Positions 20,454 through 29,787 of a stretch of DNA of 64,000 nt are shown in pieces. Origin of the DNA: Spirochaetia bacterium (lineage in GTDB: Bacteria; Spirochaetota; Spirochaetia; UBA9216). A program made the translations under genes and the position numbers. Location of the stretch: positions 416,001 to 480,000 of the forward strand of contig OY776510.1 of assembly GCA_963675665.1 (NCBI GenBank), read 5' to 3'. The stretch's first letter is position 1. The number at the start of each line of letters is the position of its first letter. Below the pieces are notes generated by a model. The model saw only the letters and a list, made by a program, of their open reading frames with translations, was not told the DNA's origin and made no database searches.

Positions 20454-21317
20454 TCATATAAGCAGCCTTGTTGAGTCTTCCGGACTGTCAAGCGGTATTC
20501 TGATTACAGATAGCTCATCACCGTCATGCGCTCCGTTAATACATACGGTCCGGCCTATTTTCTGCATCCAGCTTCCGCTCAATCCTGCAGATTCATGCAC
20601 ATGCCCGTGTAAAGTCAGAAGCGGCTGACGCTCCTCAATAAAACGGTAAATTGCAATACTTCCAAGATGCTCATCGACCGGGACATGATCTACAACTGCG
20701 GCCCCTACATCGCCCAGATCCAGATCCGTACTGTAGGGCGGTGCGTGAAACAGAAACACTGCCTTATCAAGCTGTTCATCAGCAGTCAAATCATCAATAT
20801 CATCTTTTATTGTAGTCCACTTCTGTTCATGCTCGCTGGCCGGAAAAGATCGCCGGCCTTCTTCGGGACTGATGCATCCGACATCGATATATCTGGAAAC
20901 ATCATACCGTTCCCAGTCTTTCAGCATAAAAGGCGTCGGCGGTACATAGTTATAACCGTAAAAGGAATAGCTTTCCGCCAGCACTTTACGCTGATGGATA
21001 TATGTCCACAGTCCGTTTGCGCCGCCGGAAACCAGGGCTGATTCAAAATATTTCGGATCATCGTTTCCCATAATAATTAATGTTTCCGGATATTTTTTGC
21101 CGAGACGATTTTTTAAATCAGTAAAGTTTTTCACGAGGAATCCGTTTATAAAATCACTACCTCCGGGAACCGCAGAATCCGTCGCGGGCATAAAAGGCGA
21201 AAGGAGATCTCCTCCGACAAGAAGAATGTCCGGAGGGTTGCCGAGTAAATATTCAAACAGGGAAAGGTACCTTTCTTTTTTTCCGTGAAGATCCGTAACA
21301 AAAACAGCATCAGGCAT
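20454..21317 (-). CDS. Calcineurin-like metallophosphoesterase (Icc-related)
   Basis: TDLHG, GGD, GNDD, HAPP, GHVHE. Confidence 0.88.
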   Translation of the reverse strand: MPDAVFVTDLHGKKERYLSLFEYLLGNPPDILLVGGDLLSPFMPATDSAVPGGSDFINGFLVKNFTDLKNRLGKKYPETLIIMGNDDPKYFESALVSGGANGLWTYIHQRKVLAESYSFYGYNYVPPTPFMLKDWERYDVSRYIDVGCISPEEGRRSFPASEHEQKWTTIKDDIDDLTADEQLDKAVFLFHAPPYSTDLDLGDVGAAVVDHVPVDEHLGSIAIYRFIEERQPLLTLHGHVHESAGLSGSWMQKIGRTVCINGAHDGDELSVIRIPLDSPEDSTRLLI

Positions 21318-24300
21318 TTTCAGATCCTAATTTAAGTTCTCTTGCGGCATCGGTAACTGCATTTATTTTTACCGCAATACTGGTTCGTTTTTCAATATCC
21401 GAATCTGTAAGATAATGAACATCGAGTAATTCTTCAGTTTTATAACCGGTCCGCAGATAATTAATCCTGCCCAAAGCCCGGCTCCAGCCGTCAAGCCACA
21501 GGGCAAGCGCTTCCTTTTTCCCGGCGTCATCACCAATATGAATTATCAAATCAATATCGCTCATCGGTCCGGCGGTTGCATTCTTTGTGCTGCCGAAGAG
21601 ATAAAAGGCCTTCACCCCGAAGAACCCGGCATCCAGCGATTCCGCAATAGTTTCCGCCATTGAATAGCGCCAGCTCCAGTAATCTTCATGTGTTTCGTTG
21701 TTATGGGAATATATATCAATTTGTTTACCGGAAGAAGAGGGATCGGAAAAAATGGCGATCGCCTCATTAATCTCCTCGTTCATAAGAACCTTCAAGACCT
21801 TTCCTTCTGTTTCTTTTCTGATATCGGTTACGAAAATAACACGGGAGAGCTCCGAAAAGTCCGGAAGTATCTCAGTAAGTATATTCTTTGAACGCGTTAA
21901 AAATGCATCTTTCATCAATATTCCGGGATCGTCGGGATACAAAGGAAGATATTTTATTTCGGCCTCAACAAGATCCTGAAAAAAATGAGTTCCGAAAGAG
22001 ACTTCGGGAAGATAATCCCCTTTTTTCCTGGCAATCTCAATCAGCATGGCGGTATTATTAATATCCGAGTAATTAACCCTTACTCCCAGTTTAATATCTC
22101 CGCGGCTTCCCCAACGCCCCGGCCCCATAAGAATAAAACGGCGTTTCGGAAGAATTGAATTCAGCCTGCCGACAGCGGCCCCCACGCGTTCCAGCTGTTC
22201 AAACGACGGTAAATCATTGTAGGCCTCAGGATCTATATAAACAATATAGTCGATATTATCAACAAGCCCGTTTGCAATATGCTTCTTCGCTGTAAAAAGA
22301 ACCTGGTTCTCGTTTATATCCTTGGGAATGGGCTGAGGAAGGCTTTCCCGAACCCCGGCCTGGGGCCTGCACTGGAGAAGAAAAAGCCGGCCGCCGCTGA
22401 AAGCGAATTCTATATCAACAATTGTATTTAAACGTTCTTTCAGTTCATCTATTATGGATTTTATTTTTTCAATAAGACCTGTATTTCGAATCAGCGGATC
22501 AAGAGTAAACACAAGATCATCATTCGCCGTATCAAGCTGAAATTTATTCCTGTTCTTGAAAATATCATCTTCAAATACAGAAAACAGAAGATCCATATCG
22601 GGATATGTAACCGGGTTGTTTCTCAGAAAATCTCTGACATTAACGGTTTCGAATATATTCGTACGCAGATTTATCACATCCATCATTCTGGGTGAATACC
22701 TTACAGCTTCGGACGGCAAAGGATTTACCTTCATCCCCGGATTTCCCGGGCAGATTAATACGGGATAATCATCGCTTAACCTGTCGACAGCCCGGGTTCC
22801 GAGACCGGGAACTATCCTGAGCAGACCGTCTTCCTTTGAAATCCTCGGGGACCAGCGATATTCATTACGGCCGAATCCTACGCCTGCAAAAGAAGGGAAA
22901 AAAAAGTCTCCCGCCTGTTCTCCGACAACCTCCTGAATAATAACAGCCATCTCCTCATGAAATTCAAGAAGACCATGCGCTTTTCGGTATTCAAGCGGAT
23001 CCGGGCCGAAAGTTGAAGCATATATTTCTGCTATAGCATCCAGTACAGCCGTAAGACGCTCCTCTCTGGATCCCTGATTGGCAAGAAAAAGACTTTTATA
23101 TTTACCCGAAAAAGCAGTTCCGTAACGGTCTTCCAGCAGGCTGGAACTTCTTACAATAACGGGTTTGTTTCCGAAGTCTTCCATAGCCATTGACAGTCCG
23201 TTGACAAAATCGATTGGAAAATTCGAGTTCTTGAAAACCTGTATCAGATTCGGATAATCCGCCCTGATTTCTTCTATATCCTTGTATTTCTGTTCAAGAG
23301 ATTCTTCAAGGTTATTATAATAAATAAATTTATGCATATAATCCGAAGATATATACCAGGTTTTCGGAATACTTACATCTATGCCCGCCTTTTTCAGAAA
23401 CTGCCCGGCAATAAACAGACCGGCGCTTTTGCCTCCAAGTTTTCCATGACTGTTATTAGGGTATATTGCGTGCTGCAGTACTGAATAAAAATCATTTACA
23501 TCAAGGTAATCTTTTGCTGATCTTATAAATTCCATCTGTTCAGTAAATACACGCTGTATAAAGAGCGCATTAATATTTGTTCTCGAATAACTGGAAATCT
23601 CAAAATGAGACTGGTTCAAATGATGAAATCTTGAAATGGCCGCGGCAATTCCCGATAACGGAGTATTGAAATTCTCCAGCGCACTGACAAGAAAGCCTGT
23701 TTTATCTTCTTTGATCCATTTATTCAGATATATTTTTATTTCGTCCTCAGACAAATTCTGGGATGCAATCTTGAAAATATGCTGATTAAATTTATCGTAC
23801 AGTTCAAAGTTAATTTTTAGAGACGGGATATTCACATCCTGAAGAACAGTAATATTTTCGCATTGTTTCTGAAGGCCCATACATCCGAGAACGCTCTGAG
23901 CTTCCCGGACGCCCAGCAGACACAGCCGGTTCAGCATACGTCTGGATATTTTCCTGAAAAGAATACTGTCCATTTTTTCCACCAGTTCAAGAATAACCAT
24001 CCAGTCCGGCTTTTTGTTGGCATCGATATCCTGCCTGGCTTTCTCCCACTGTTCAAGCGAAAACTGAAGATCCTGCTGAAAGAGAAAATTTTCAATTCTT
24101 TCGGCTATGGTATTAAGCAATTGCTGTTCTTCAGGAAGAAACGGACTTGACAACCGTGTTGAACCGTCGCTGAAGTGAACTTCTATGATACCGACCGGCT
24201 CGCCGCGAAGTATTAATTCCGCACTTTGGAACCATTTTGATGTCGAGAACCCGTCCGTCGTATAACTTTTATTTCTATAAACGATCCTTACTGAGCAGAA

Positions 24301-24474
24301 CGCCGGAAACTGCCACCCGGAAGGAATAATATCTATAAGCCTGGGGAACACATCCTCTATACTGAGCTGTTCCTTGTTGACAACTTCCTTGACTCTGTAA
24401 AGACATTGGAGCTCTTTTGCTCTTTCATTTAGATTCTGAATCAACGTATTCTCATCGAATGAATTACCGTTCAT
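21310..24474 (-). CDS. PEP/pyruvate-binding (PPDK_N ATP-grasp) protein with N-terminal GAF-like domain, His motif and C-terminal nucleotidyltransferase domain
   Basis: ERAKELQCLY..PSGWQFP; LGGKSAG, VRSSSLLED..FSGKY, GLGT.AV, DIEFA, LQCRP; SFGTHFF; LFGS..SDIDL. Confidence 0.82.
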   Translation of the reverse strand: MNGNSFDENTLIQNLNERAKELQCLYRVKEVVNKEQLSIEDVFPRLIDIIPSGWQFPAFCSVRIVYRNKSYTTDGFSTSKWFQSAELILRGEPVGIIEVHFSDGSTRLSSPFLPEEQQLLNTIAERIENFLFQQDLQFSLEQWEKARQDIDANKKPDWMVILELVEKMDSILFRKISRRMLNRLCLLGVREAQSVLGCMGLQKQCENITVLQDVNIPSLKINFELYDKFNQHIFKIASQNLSEDEIKIYLNKWIKEDKTGFLVSALENFNTPLSGIAAAISRFHHLNQSHFEISSYSRTNINALFIQRVFTEQMEFIRSAKDYLDVNDFYSVLQHAIYPNNSHGKLGGKSAGLFIAGQFLKKAGIDVSIPKTWYISSDYMHKFIYYNNLEESLEQKYKDIEEIRADYPNLIQVFKNSNFPIDFVNGLSMAMEDFGNKPVIVRSSSLLEDRYGTAFSGKYKSLFLANQGSREERLTAVLDAIAEIYASTFGPDPLEYRKAHGLLEFHEEMAVIIQEVVGEQAGDFFFPSFAGVGFGRNEYRWSPRISKEDGLLRIVPGLGTRAVDRLSDDYPVLICPGNPGMKVNPLPSEAVRYSPRMMDVINLRTNIFETVNVRDFLRNNPVTYPDMDLLFSVFEDDIFKNRNKFQLDTANDDLVFTLDPLIRNTGLIEKIKSIIDELKERLNTIVDIEFAFSGGRLFLLQCRPQAGVRESLPQPIPKDINENQVLFTAKKHIANGLVDNIDYIVYIDPEAYNDLPSFEQLERVGAAVGRLNSILPKRRFILMGPGRWGSRGDIKLGVRVNYSDINNTAMLIEIARKKGDYLPEVSFGTHFFQDLVEAEIKYLPLYPDDPGILMKDAFLTRSKNILTEILPDFSELSRVIFVTDIRKETEGKVLKVLMNEEINEAIAIFSDPSSSGKQIDIYSHNNETHEDYWSWRYSMAETIAESLDAGFFGVKAFYLFGSTKNATAGPMSDIDLIIHIGDDAGKKEALALWLDGWSRALGRINYLRTGYKTEELLDVHYLTDSDIEKRTSIAVKINAVTDAARELKLGSENA

Positions 24475-26165
24475 AGTATAATAATTCCTTTCCGGGTATT
24501 TCCGTCTGCTATTATTTTAATACTTTTTTCAAATTTTATGTGCTTAAAAAACTTGCCTTCAAAAACAGTCTGTTGAGACTCCAGATAATTATAGTCTATA
24601 AAGCTGTCATTGTCCCGGCTGCAGGAATCTATCGAGAAATACACTGTGTCAGTATTCAGAATATTATGAAAAAAATGCGAACCCTGACTGAGTTCCGGAT
24701 TCATCTCCGGCAGCGTGGATTCGATGATTACGGAAGCCCCGGAAATCTGGGACCAGCTGACCGGAATTCCTAATGCCGGGTCCGAAGATCCCCAGCGGCC
24801 GAACCCGGACAAAATATATCTCTTGCCCTCAACAACCAGTTTCCGGTTGATTCTCTCAATTTCCAGCGGCATCTCGGCTGTTTTCAATGCGGAAAATCTT
24901 TGCGGATTTATATAGACAAAATCTTCAACATTTTCAATATATACGTTCCCCAGGGCATTATCGGTATAGGCAACCAGTTTACTCCTGTCGAAAGAAGATA
25001 TATCAGGGACAATACAGGTATTAAGTCTTTTCATGGGCCTTATTTGAAGAAAGGCGAAATCAGCCGTAGGTTTTTGAGGAAAATCAATATTGACGGCAAA
25101 TTCGATTTCTATTTCGGAACCTGTTTTTTCCCTGCATTTATCAAGAATATCCGTAACAAGTCTGTTTAAATTTATTATTTCGCCTTTAAGAATAGGTGAA
25201 AAATCAATTAGCTTGAAACCGGAGTCAAGAAAACCCATTTCCAGCCTGTCGGAGGACCTTGAATATGTCGAGCAGAGGCTGCTAATAATTTTACTTTCTT
25301 CAAGGCTTTTTACAGGCTGCAGCGACAAAAACTCTTTTTCATCAAGAGGCGACTCCTTATCCGGCGGTTTTAAATCAATTGCCCAGAAATCAGTCTGCCC
25401 GGCATCAAGAAGGTTTTTCAACGATGCGGGAGGCGGTGAAGCAGGTTTTTCAGGACTGTATATCCATTTTCGTCCGCCGTCAACAATTGTCTTTCCAAGT
25501 CCGGCCGCAAGTTCCACAATACCGCTTTCCGGCTTGCATCCGCTGAAAGGATAATAATTATATGAACGGCCGACGCCTGAAAATGCCGGATAAAAATATC
25601 TTCCGTATGATTTACCGTGAACCCTCTGGATAATGACCGCCATCCTTTCCATATCAATATCAATACCGGCTGATTTAAAACTGTCCCGGGAGGCTTCGAA
25701 CCAGACTGATGAATACACAAACTTTACAGCATTAATAAGCTGCAGAAACCTGACATCAGGGTCAGGATGATTATTGGGAATCATTTTTGTTGCAAACAAT
25801 CCGGCAAAAGGCCTGTTTAAAGAATCTTCGGTCAGACTGGAGGAACGTATTGCAAGAGGGCCTTTCCTGCCGTTTGAAATCTTTCTTACCTCTCCGATCA
25901 AAAACGGCGGAAAAGAAGCTTTGTTAAATAAAAGTGAAATCTGTTCATCTGTCTTGTTGTTTATGAGTTCAGATCTTAATTTATTTTCATTAATAAAAAG
26001 AGTAAATACATCAGAAAGAATGACTGTCATTTCGGGAACCCCGACAGAGATTCCGTGCCTGCCAACATCAGAAAAATATTCGTCTATCAGCGATTGTATC
26101 CTGATAAGGCCGGAACCTTTTCCTCCCGGAGCTCCGCTTCCAATAAATGATATTTTATTGTTCAT
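24471..26165 (-). CDS. PEP/pyruvate-binding (PPDK_N) domain protein with C-terminal His motif
   Basis: GGKGSGL, IRSSSLTED..FAGLF, GLGKTIVDG, EIEFA, LQIRP, GRWGS, SQGSHFF; ATG 26165 preferred to TTG 26204. Confidence 0.82.
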   Translation of the reverse strand: MNNKISFIGSGAPGGKGSGLIRIQSLIDEYFSDVGRHGISVGVPEMTVILSDVFTLFINENKLRSELINNKTDEQISLLFNKASFPPFLIGEVRKISNGRKGPLAIRSSSLTEDSLNRPFAGLFATKMIPNNHPDPDVRFLQLINAVKFVYSSVWFEASRDSFKSAGIDIDMERMAVIIQRVHGKSYGRYFYPAFSGVGRSYNYYPFSGCKPESGIVELAAGLGKTIVDGGRKWIYSPEKPASPPPASLKNLLDAGQTDFWAIDLKPPDKESPLDEKEFLSLQPVKSLEESKIISSLCSTYSRSSDRLEMGFLDSGFKLIDFSPILKGEIINLNRLVTDILDKCREKTGSEIEIEFAVNIDFPQKPTADFAFLQIRPMKRLNTCIVPDISSFDRSKLVAYTDNALGNVYIENVEDFVYINPQRFSALKTAEMPLEIERINRKLVVEGKRYILSGFGRWGSSDPALGIPVSWSQISGASVIIESTLPEMNPELSQGSHFFHNILNTDTVYFSIDSCSRDNDSFIDYNYLESQQTVFEGKFFKHIKFEKSIKIIADGNTRKGIIIL

Positions 26166-26177
26166 AAAGATAAAAAC

Positions 26178-26202
26178 GCCGGATACCGGCACGGTATCCG
26201 GC
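26178..26202 (-). terminator. Intrinsic terminator after gdhA
   Basis: Perfect 11-bp stem GCCGGATACCG / CGGTATCCGGC with 3-nt loop, followed by GTTTTTATCTTT on the minus strand. Confidence 0.75.
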
Positions 26203-26209
26203 AATATTA

Positions 26210-27496
26210 TTAAGTCCAGCCACGCTGTTTACAGGCGTCGGCCACACGATTAACAGAAATTATGTATGCAGCATCTCTCATGTAAAGATTATTCTTTCCG
26301 GCAAGTTCCGAAACAGACATAAACGCTGAAGTCATCTTTAGATCAAGTTTACTTATCACCTCATCTTTTTCCCAGTAATAATTCATATTATTCTGTACCT
26401 GCTCAAAATAGCTGCATGTTACTCCCCCGGCATTTGCGAGAAAATCCGGAATTATAAATATTCCGCGCTCTTTTAAAATTTCATCTGCTTCAGGGGTCGT
26501 CGGACCGTTGGCCGCTTCGGCAATTATCTTTACACCTTTGCCTATTTTTCCAACAGTCTCTTTGGTTATCTGATTTTCAAGTGCCGCAGGAATAATAATA
26601 TCAACATCCTGCTCAATCCAGACATCCCCCGGAAGCACCTCATATCCCAGTGAAATTGCCTTTTCACGGTCTATACCTCCGAACCGGTCGGCTATTCCCC
26701 GAAGCTCTTCAAGGTTTATCCCGTCTTTCTTCCTGAATGAAAATGATTTCGACTCCTTTTGATCCCAGCAGGATACGCAAACAACAGTTCCGCCAAGCTG
26801 TTCATACAACTGTATTGCATACTGGGCAACATTGCCAAACCCCTGAATACTGGCGATTGTTTTTTCAGGCGACATATTAAGTTCCTTCAAGGCCTCTCGC
26901 AGGGTAAATATCACCCCGAAACCGGTTGCTTCAGTTCTTCCAAGGGACCCGCCGAGACCGACCGGTTTACCGGTAATTACACCGGGATATTTTGCTCCGG
27001 TTATGGCTTCGTACTCATCCAGCATCCAGATCATATGTTGGCCGTTAGTCATTACATCCGGCGCCGGAACATCGCGAACCGGCCCAAGCGCACCCGCAAG
27101 CTGTCTAATCCAGCCCCTGCAGATTCTTTCCTGTTCTCCTGCGCTAAGATGATGCGGATCACATATTACTCCGCCTTTGCTTCCGCCCAAAGGAATATCC
27201 ACTACGCTGCATTTCCAGGTCATCCACATGGATAAAGCTCTGACGGTGTCAATTGTTTCAAGCGGATGAAATCTGATTCCGCCTTTCCCCGGACCAAGCG
27301 CATCATTATGCTGACACCTGAATCCGTTGAAAACCTTAACACTCCCGTCATCCATTCTCACGGGGATATTTACATGATATTCCCGCATGGGAACCCTTAA
27401 AAGATCTCTTGTGCCCTGATCAAGCATAAGATATTCGGCAATATTGTCGAACTGCTGTTGTGCCATTTTAAACGCATTATAAGACTGGTCTTTCAT
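26210..27496 (-). CDS. gdhA: Glu/Leu/Phe/Val dehydrogenase, probably glutamate dehydrogenase
   Basis: GPGKGGIRF, MTWKC, GGSKGG, VPAPD, GRTEATG, QGFGNV, EAANGP, ANAGGV..SYFE; ATG 27496 after GAGGTG. Confidence 0.92.
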   Translation of the reverse strand: MKDQSYNAFKMAQQQFDNIAEYLMLDQGTRDLLRVPMREYHVNIPVRMDDGSVKVFNGFRCQHNDALGPGKGGIRFHPLETIDTVRALSMWMTWKCSVVDIPLGGSKGGVICDPHHLSAGEQERICRGWIRQLAGALGPVRDVPAPDVMTNGQHMIWMLDEYEAITGAKYPGVITGKPVGLGGSLGRTEATGFGVIFTLREALKELNMSPEKTIASIQGFGNVAQYAIQLYEQLGGTVVCVSCWDQKESKSFSFRKKDGINLEELRGIADRFGGIDREKAISLGYEVLPGDVWIEQDVDIIIPAALENQITKETVGKIGKGVKIIAEAANGPTTPEADEILKERGIFIIPDFLANAGGVTCSYFEQVQNNMNYYWEKDEVISKLDLKMTSAFMSVSELAGKNNLYMRDAAYIISVNRVADACKQRGWT

Positions 27497-27706
27497 TCTC
27501 TGCACCTCTGTATCAATGAAAATATAAATAGAGTTTGCGCCAACATTACACAGCTGTCAATACGATTTCGGCTTTACCAGAGCCTTAACAGAACGCTATC
27601 ATCATTAAATTTAGAGCAAAACACGATATCCGTACGCAGAGAATATATAGATTATTAAATTTATTTGATAATGATTCAGAAGAAAGGTATTATATACTAT
27701 TTTCTA

Positions 27707-28405
27707 TTAATCTGCCGAACCGCAGATATACTCCGCATACTTATTTGGAACAAGAAGTGCTTTGCCGCCGTCAATTGTAACCCTGATCCCCTCGGTTTCA
27801 ACTGCGTCAACCATCATTCTGCGCCCCGGTCTGAGTTCATTTTCATAACAGAACTGGAGCAGACCTTCCTCGGCTTCCCCTTCTTCAGTTATCCTGACAA
27901 GCCGGACATTGCTGCTTTCAACTGCCTGACTGAGACGTGGCGCCGCAAGGATTTCATTTTCCAGGGGTGAACCGGGAAAAGGATTGCCGTGAGGACAGGT
28001 TTCCGGTCTGCCCAGTTTATCATGGAGAAAATATGCGAAATCATCAGATATTGCAGCCTGCAGCCTGGAAGCTTCCTCATCCGATTTAACCCAGTGATAA
28101 TCAAGCATTTTTATAAGAAGATGTTCAATCAGATAGTGTCTTTTCAGAAGCCTTGAGGCTGTTATTCTGCCTGAAGCCGTCAGATTTATCGAGCCGTATA
28201 GATCCTGCTCAATAAGGCTGTATCTTTTCAAACGATTCATGGCCTGTGTTACGGCGGGTTTCGATACTCCCAGACGAGCCGCTATTACCGAGTTTTTTAC
28301 AATACCGTAATCCCGGTTTGTGATAAATATTTCAATCAAGTACTCCGCCGCCGCCGGGAATTTCTTTGTTAATTCTTCCAAATCATAAACCTGATCTTTT
28401 CCCAT
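27707..28405 (-). CDS. DtxR/MntR family metal-dependent repressor with FeoA/SH3-like C-terminal domain
   Basis: EYL, VSKPAVTQAMNRL HTH, RHYLIE, CPHGNP; start MGKDQ at 28405. Confidence 0.88.
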   Translation of the reverse strand: MGKDQVYDLEELTKKFPAAAEYLIEIFITNRDYGIVKNSVIAARLGVSKPAVTQAMNRLKRYSLIEQDLYGSINLTASGRITASRLLKRHYLIEHLLIKMLDYHWVKSDEEASRLQAAISDDFAYFLHDKLGRPETCPHGNPFPGSPLENEILAAPRLSQAVESSNVRLVRITEEGEAEEGLLQFCYENELRPGRRMMVDAVETEGIRVTIDGGKALLVPNKYAEYICGSAD

Positions 28406-28450
28406 AAGCTCAGAATACACTATTTTGCCCCTTATAAAAAGAAATTCTAA

Positions 28451-29725
28451 CATAGCTGTCCAAAATAAGGACTATTAATAGCCTGAATCCCTGGTTATAA
28501 TGAATTGAGCGGGCAAGCTTAAATCATTACAACGGAAGGAAAACAGGCAATGAGTTATAAGAATAGCATTTTAAATCAGATACTTCAAATCATTCCGAGA
28601 CATGAATTTGAAAGATCTGTCAGAAAGTATAAAGGAGATTTTGCTTCAAAAGGATTCTCCTGTTGGGAACAATTTGTTTCAATGCTGTTTGCCCAATTTA
28701 CAGGACAGACCGGACTTAGAGGCATAGAAACAGCATTGGATTCGATTAAAAACATGCTTTATCATTTGGGGGTAAAAAAGCTTAAACGCTCAACACTTTC
28801 CTATGCAAATAACAACAGACCCTCAGAAATTTATGAAAATGTATTCAATAACCTGCTGACAAAGATCCTTAAAATGAAAAGGTCTCATAAGCATAGATTT
28901 AAAAATCCGCTGTACAGTGTTGATGCGACAACCATCGATTTATGCCTGTCAGTATTTCCATGGGCGAAGTTTAGAAAGAATAAAGGCGGAATCAAACTTA
29001 ATGTAAAACTTGATCACAGCGGATATATTCCGGACTTTGTATCTGTTACAACAGCTCAAACCCATGAGCTTAATTCACTCAAGAAAATGAAATTCAATAA
29101 AGGTGATGTAGTTGCATTCGATCGGGCCTATACAGATTTCAAATTATTTGCAAGTTATTGTATTGCAGGCATTTATTTTATTACTCGTATGAAAAAGAAT
29201 GCAGATTATAAAGTTGTTCAAAGAAATAATGTTTCAAAATATGAAAATATTTCATCAGATCAAATAATTGAAATGCGAGGATACTACACCAGCAAGAAGT
29301 GACCACTCCAATTACGGCGAATTAGAATAAAAGATCCGGAAACAGGAAAATATATTGTAATTCTTACAAATCAGCTTGATTGGGCACCTACAACAGTTGC
29401 TGCTGTCTATAAGGACAGATGGCAGATAGAAATATTCTTCAAAACAATCAAACAGAACCTGAAAATAAAGAAGTTTTTTGGAACGACGAAAAATGCAGTA
29501 ATGACTCAGATCTGGATAGCATTGATAACTCATCTGATGCTGCAATATCTGAAGATGTTATCTTCCGGTGGATGGACTCATTATTCGCTTATGAAATTGC
29601 TTCCATCAATCCTGACGACCAGAAAAGATCTCTGGAATATTCTGAATAAACTACCGCCGCCCGGCAGAAATGAGCCAGGCTTAAAACTTCAAATGGAGCT
29701 GTTATGATTGTTTTGGACAGCTATG
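28451..29725 (+). mobile_element. IS4-family insertion sequence (1275 bp)
   Basis: 15-bp perfect terminal IR CATAGCTGTCCAAAA; 9-bp target duplication AAATTCTAA at 28442-28450 and 29726-29734. Confidence 0.95.
28550..29707 (+). pseudogene. IS4-family DDE transposase interrupted by in-frame TGA at 29300-29302
   Basis: VDATTI, FDRAY; same frame resumes PLQLRRI..YKDRWQIEIFFKTIKQNL (YREK motif) to the stop at 29707. Confidence 0.9.
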
Positions 29726-29732
29726 AAATTCT

Positions 29733-29773
29733 AAAAAAAAAGTCCTGCACCGTTAATACCTGTGCAGGACTTT
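29733..29773 (-). terminator. Intrinsic terminator of feoB
   Basis: 12-bp stem AAAGTCCTGCAC / GTGCAGGACTTT followed by a T run on the minus strand. Confidence 0.8.
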
Positions 29774-29787
29774 ATTATGTAAAATCC

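Noticed and set aside
28406-28453. Longer start of the DtxR-family ORF given in the ORF track
   Set aside because: The ATG at 28453 is the terminal CAT of the IS4 inverted repeat, so it was created by the insertion.
29300-29302. In-frame TGA in the IS4 transposase as selenocysteine or a recoded genetic code
   Set aside because: No convincing SECIS hairpin follows, the position is not a redox motif, and TGA ends many ordinary genes in this window.
29312-29649. Short ORFs 29312-29545 (-) and 29419-29649 (+)
   Set aside because: Alternative frames over the transposase C-terminal half, which continues in the original frame.
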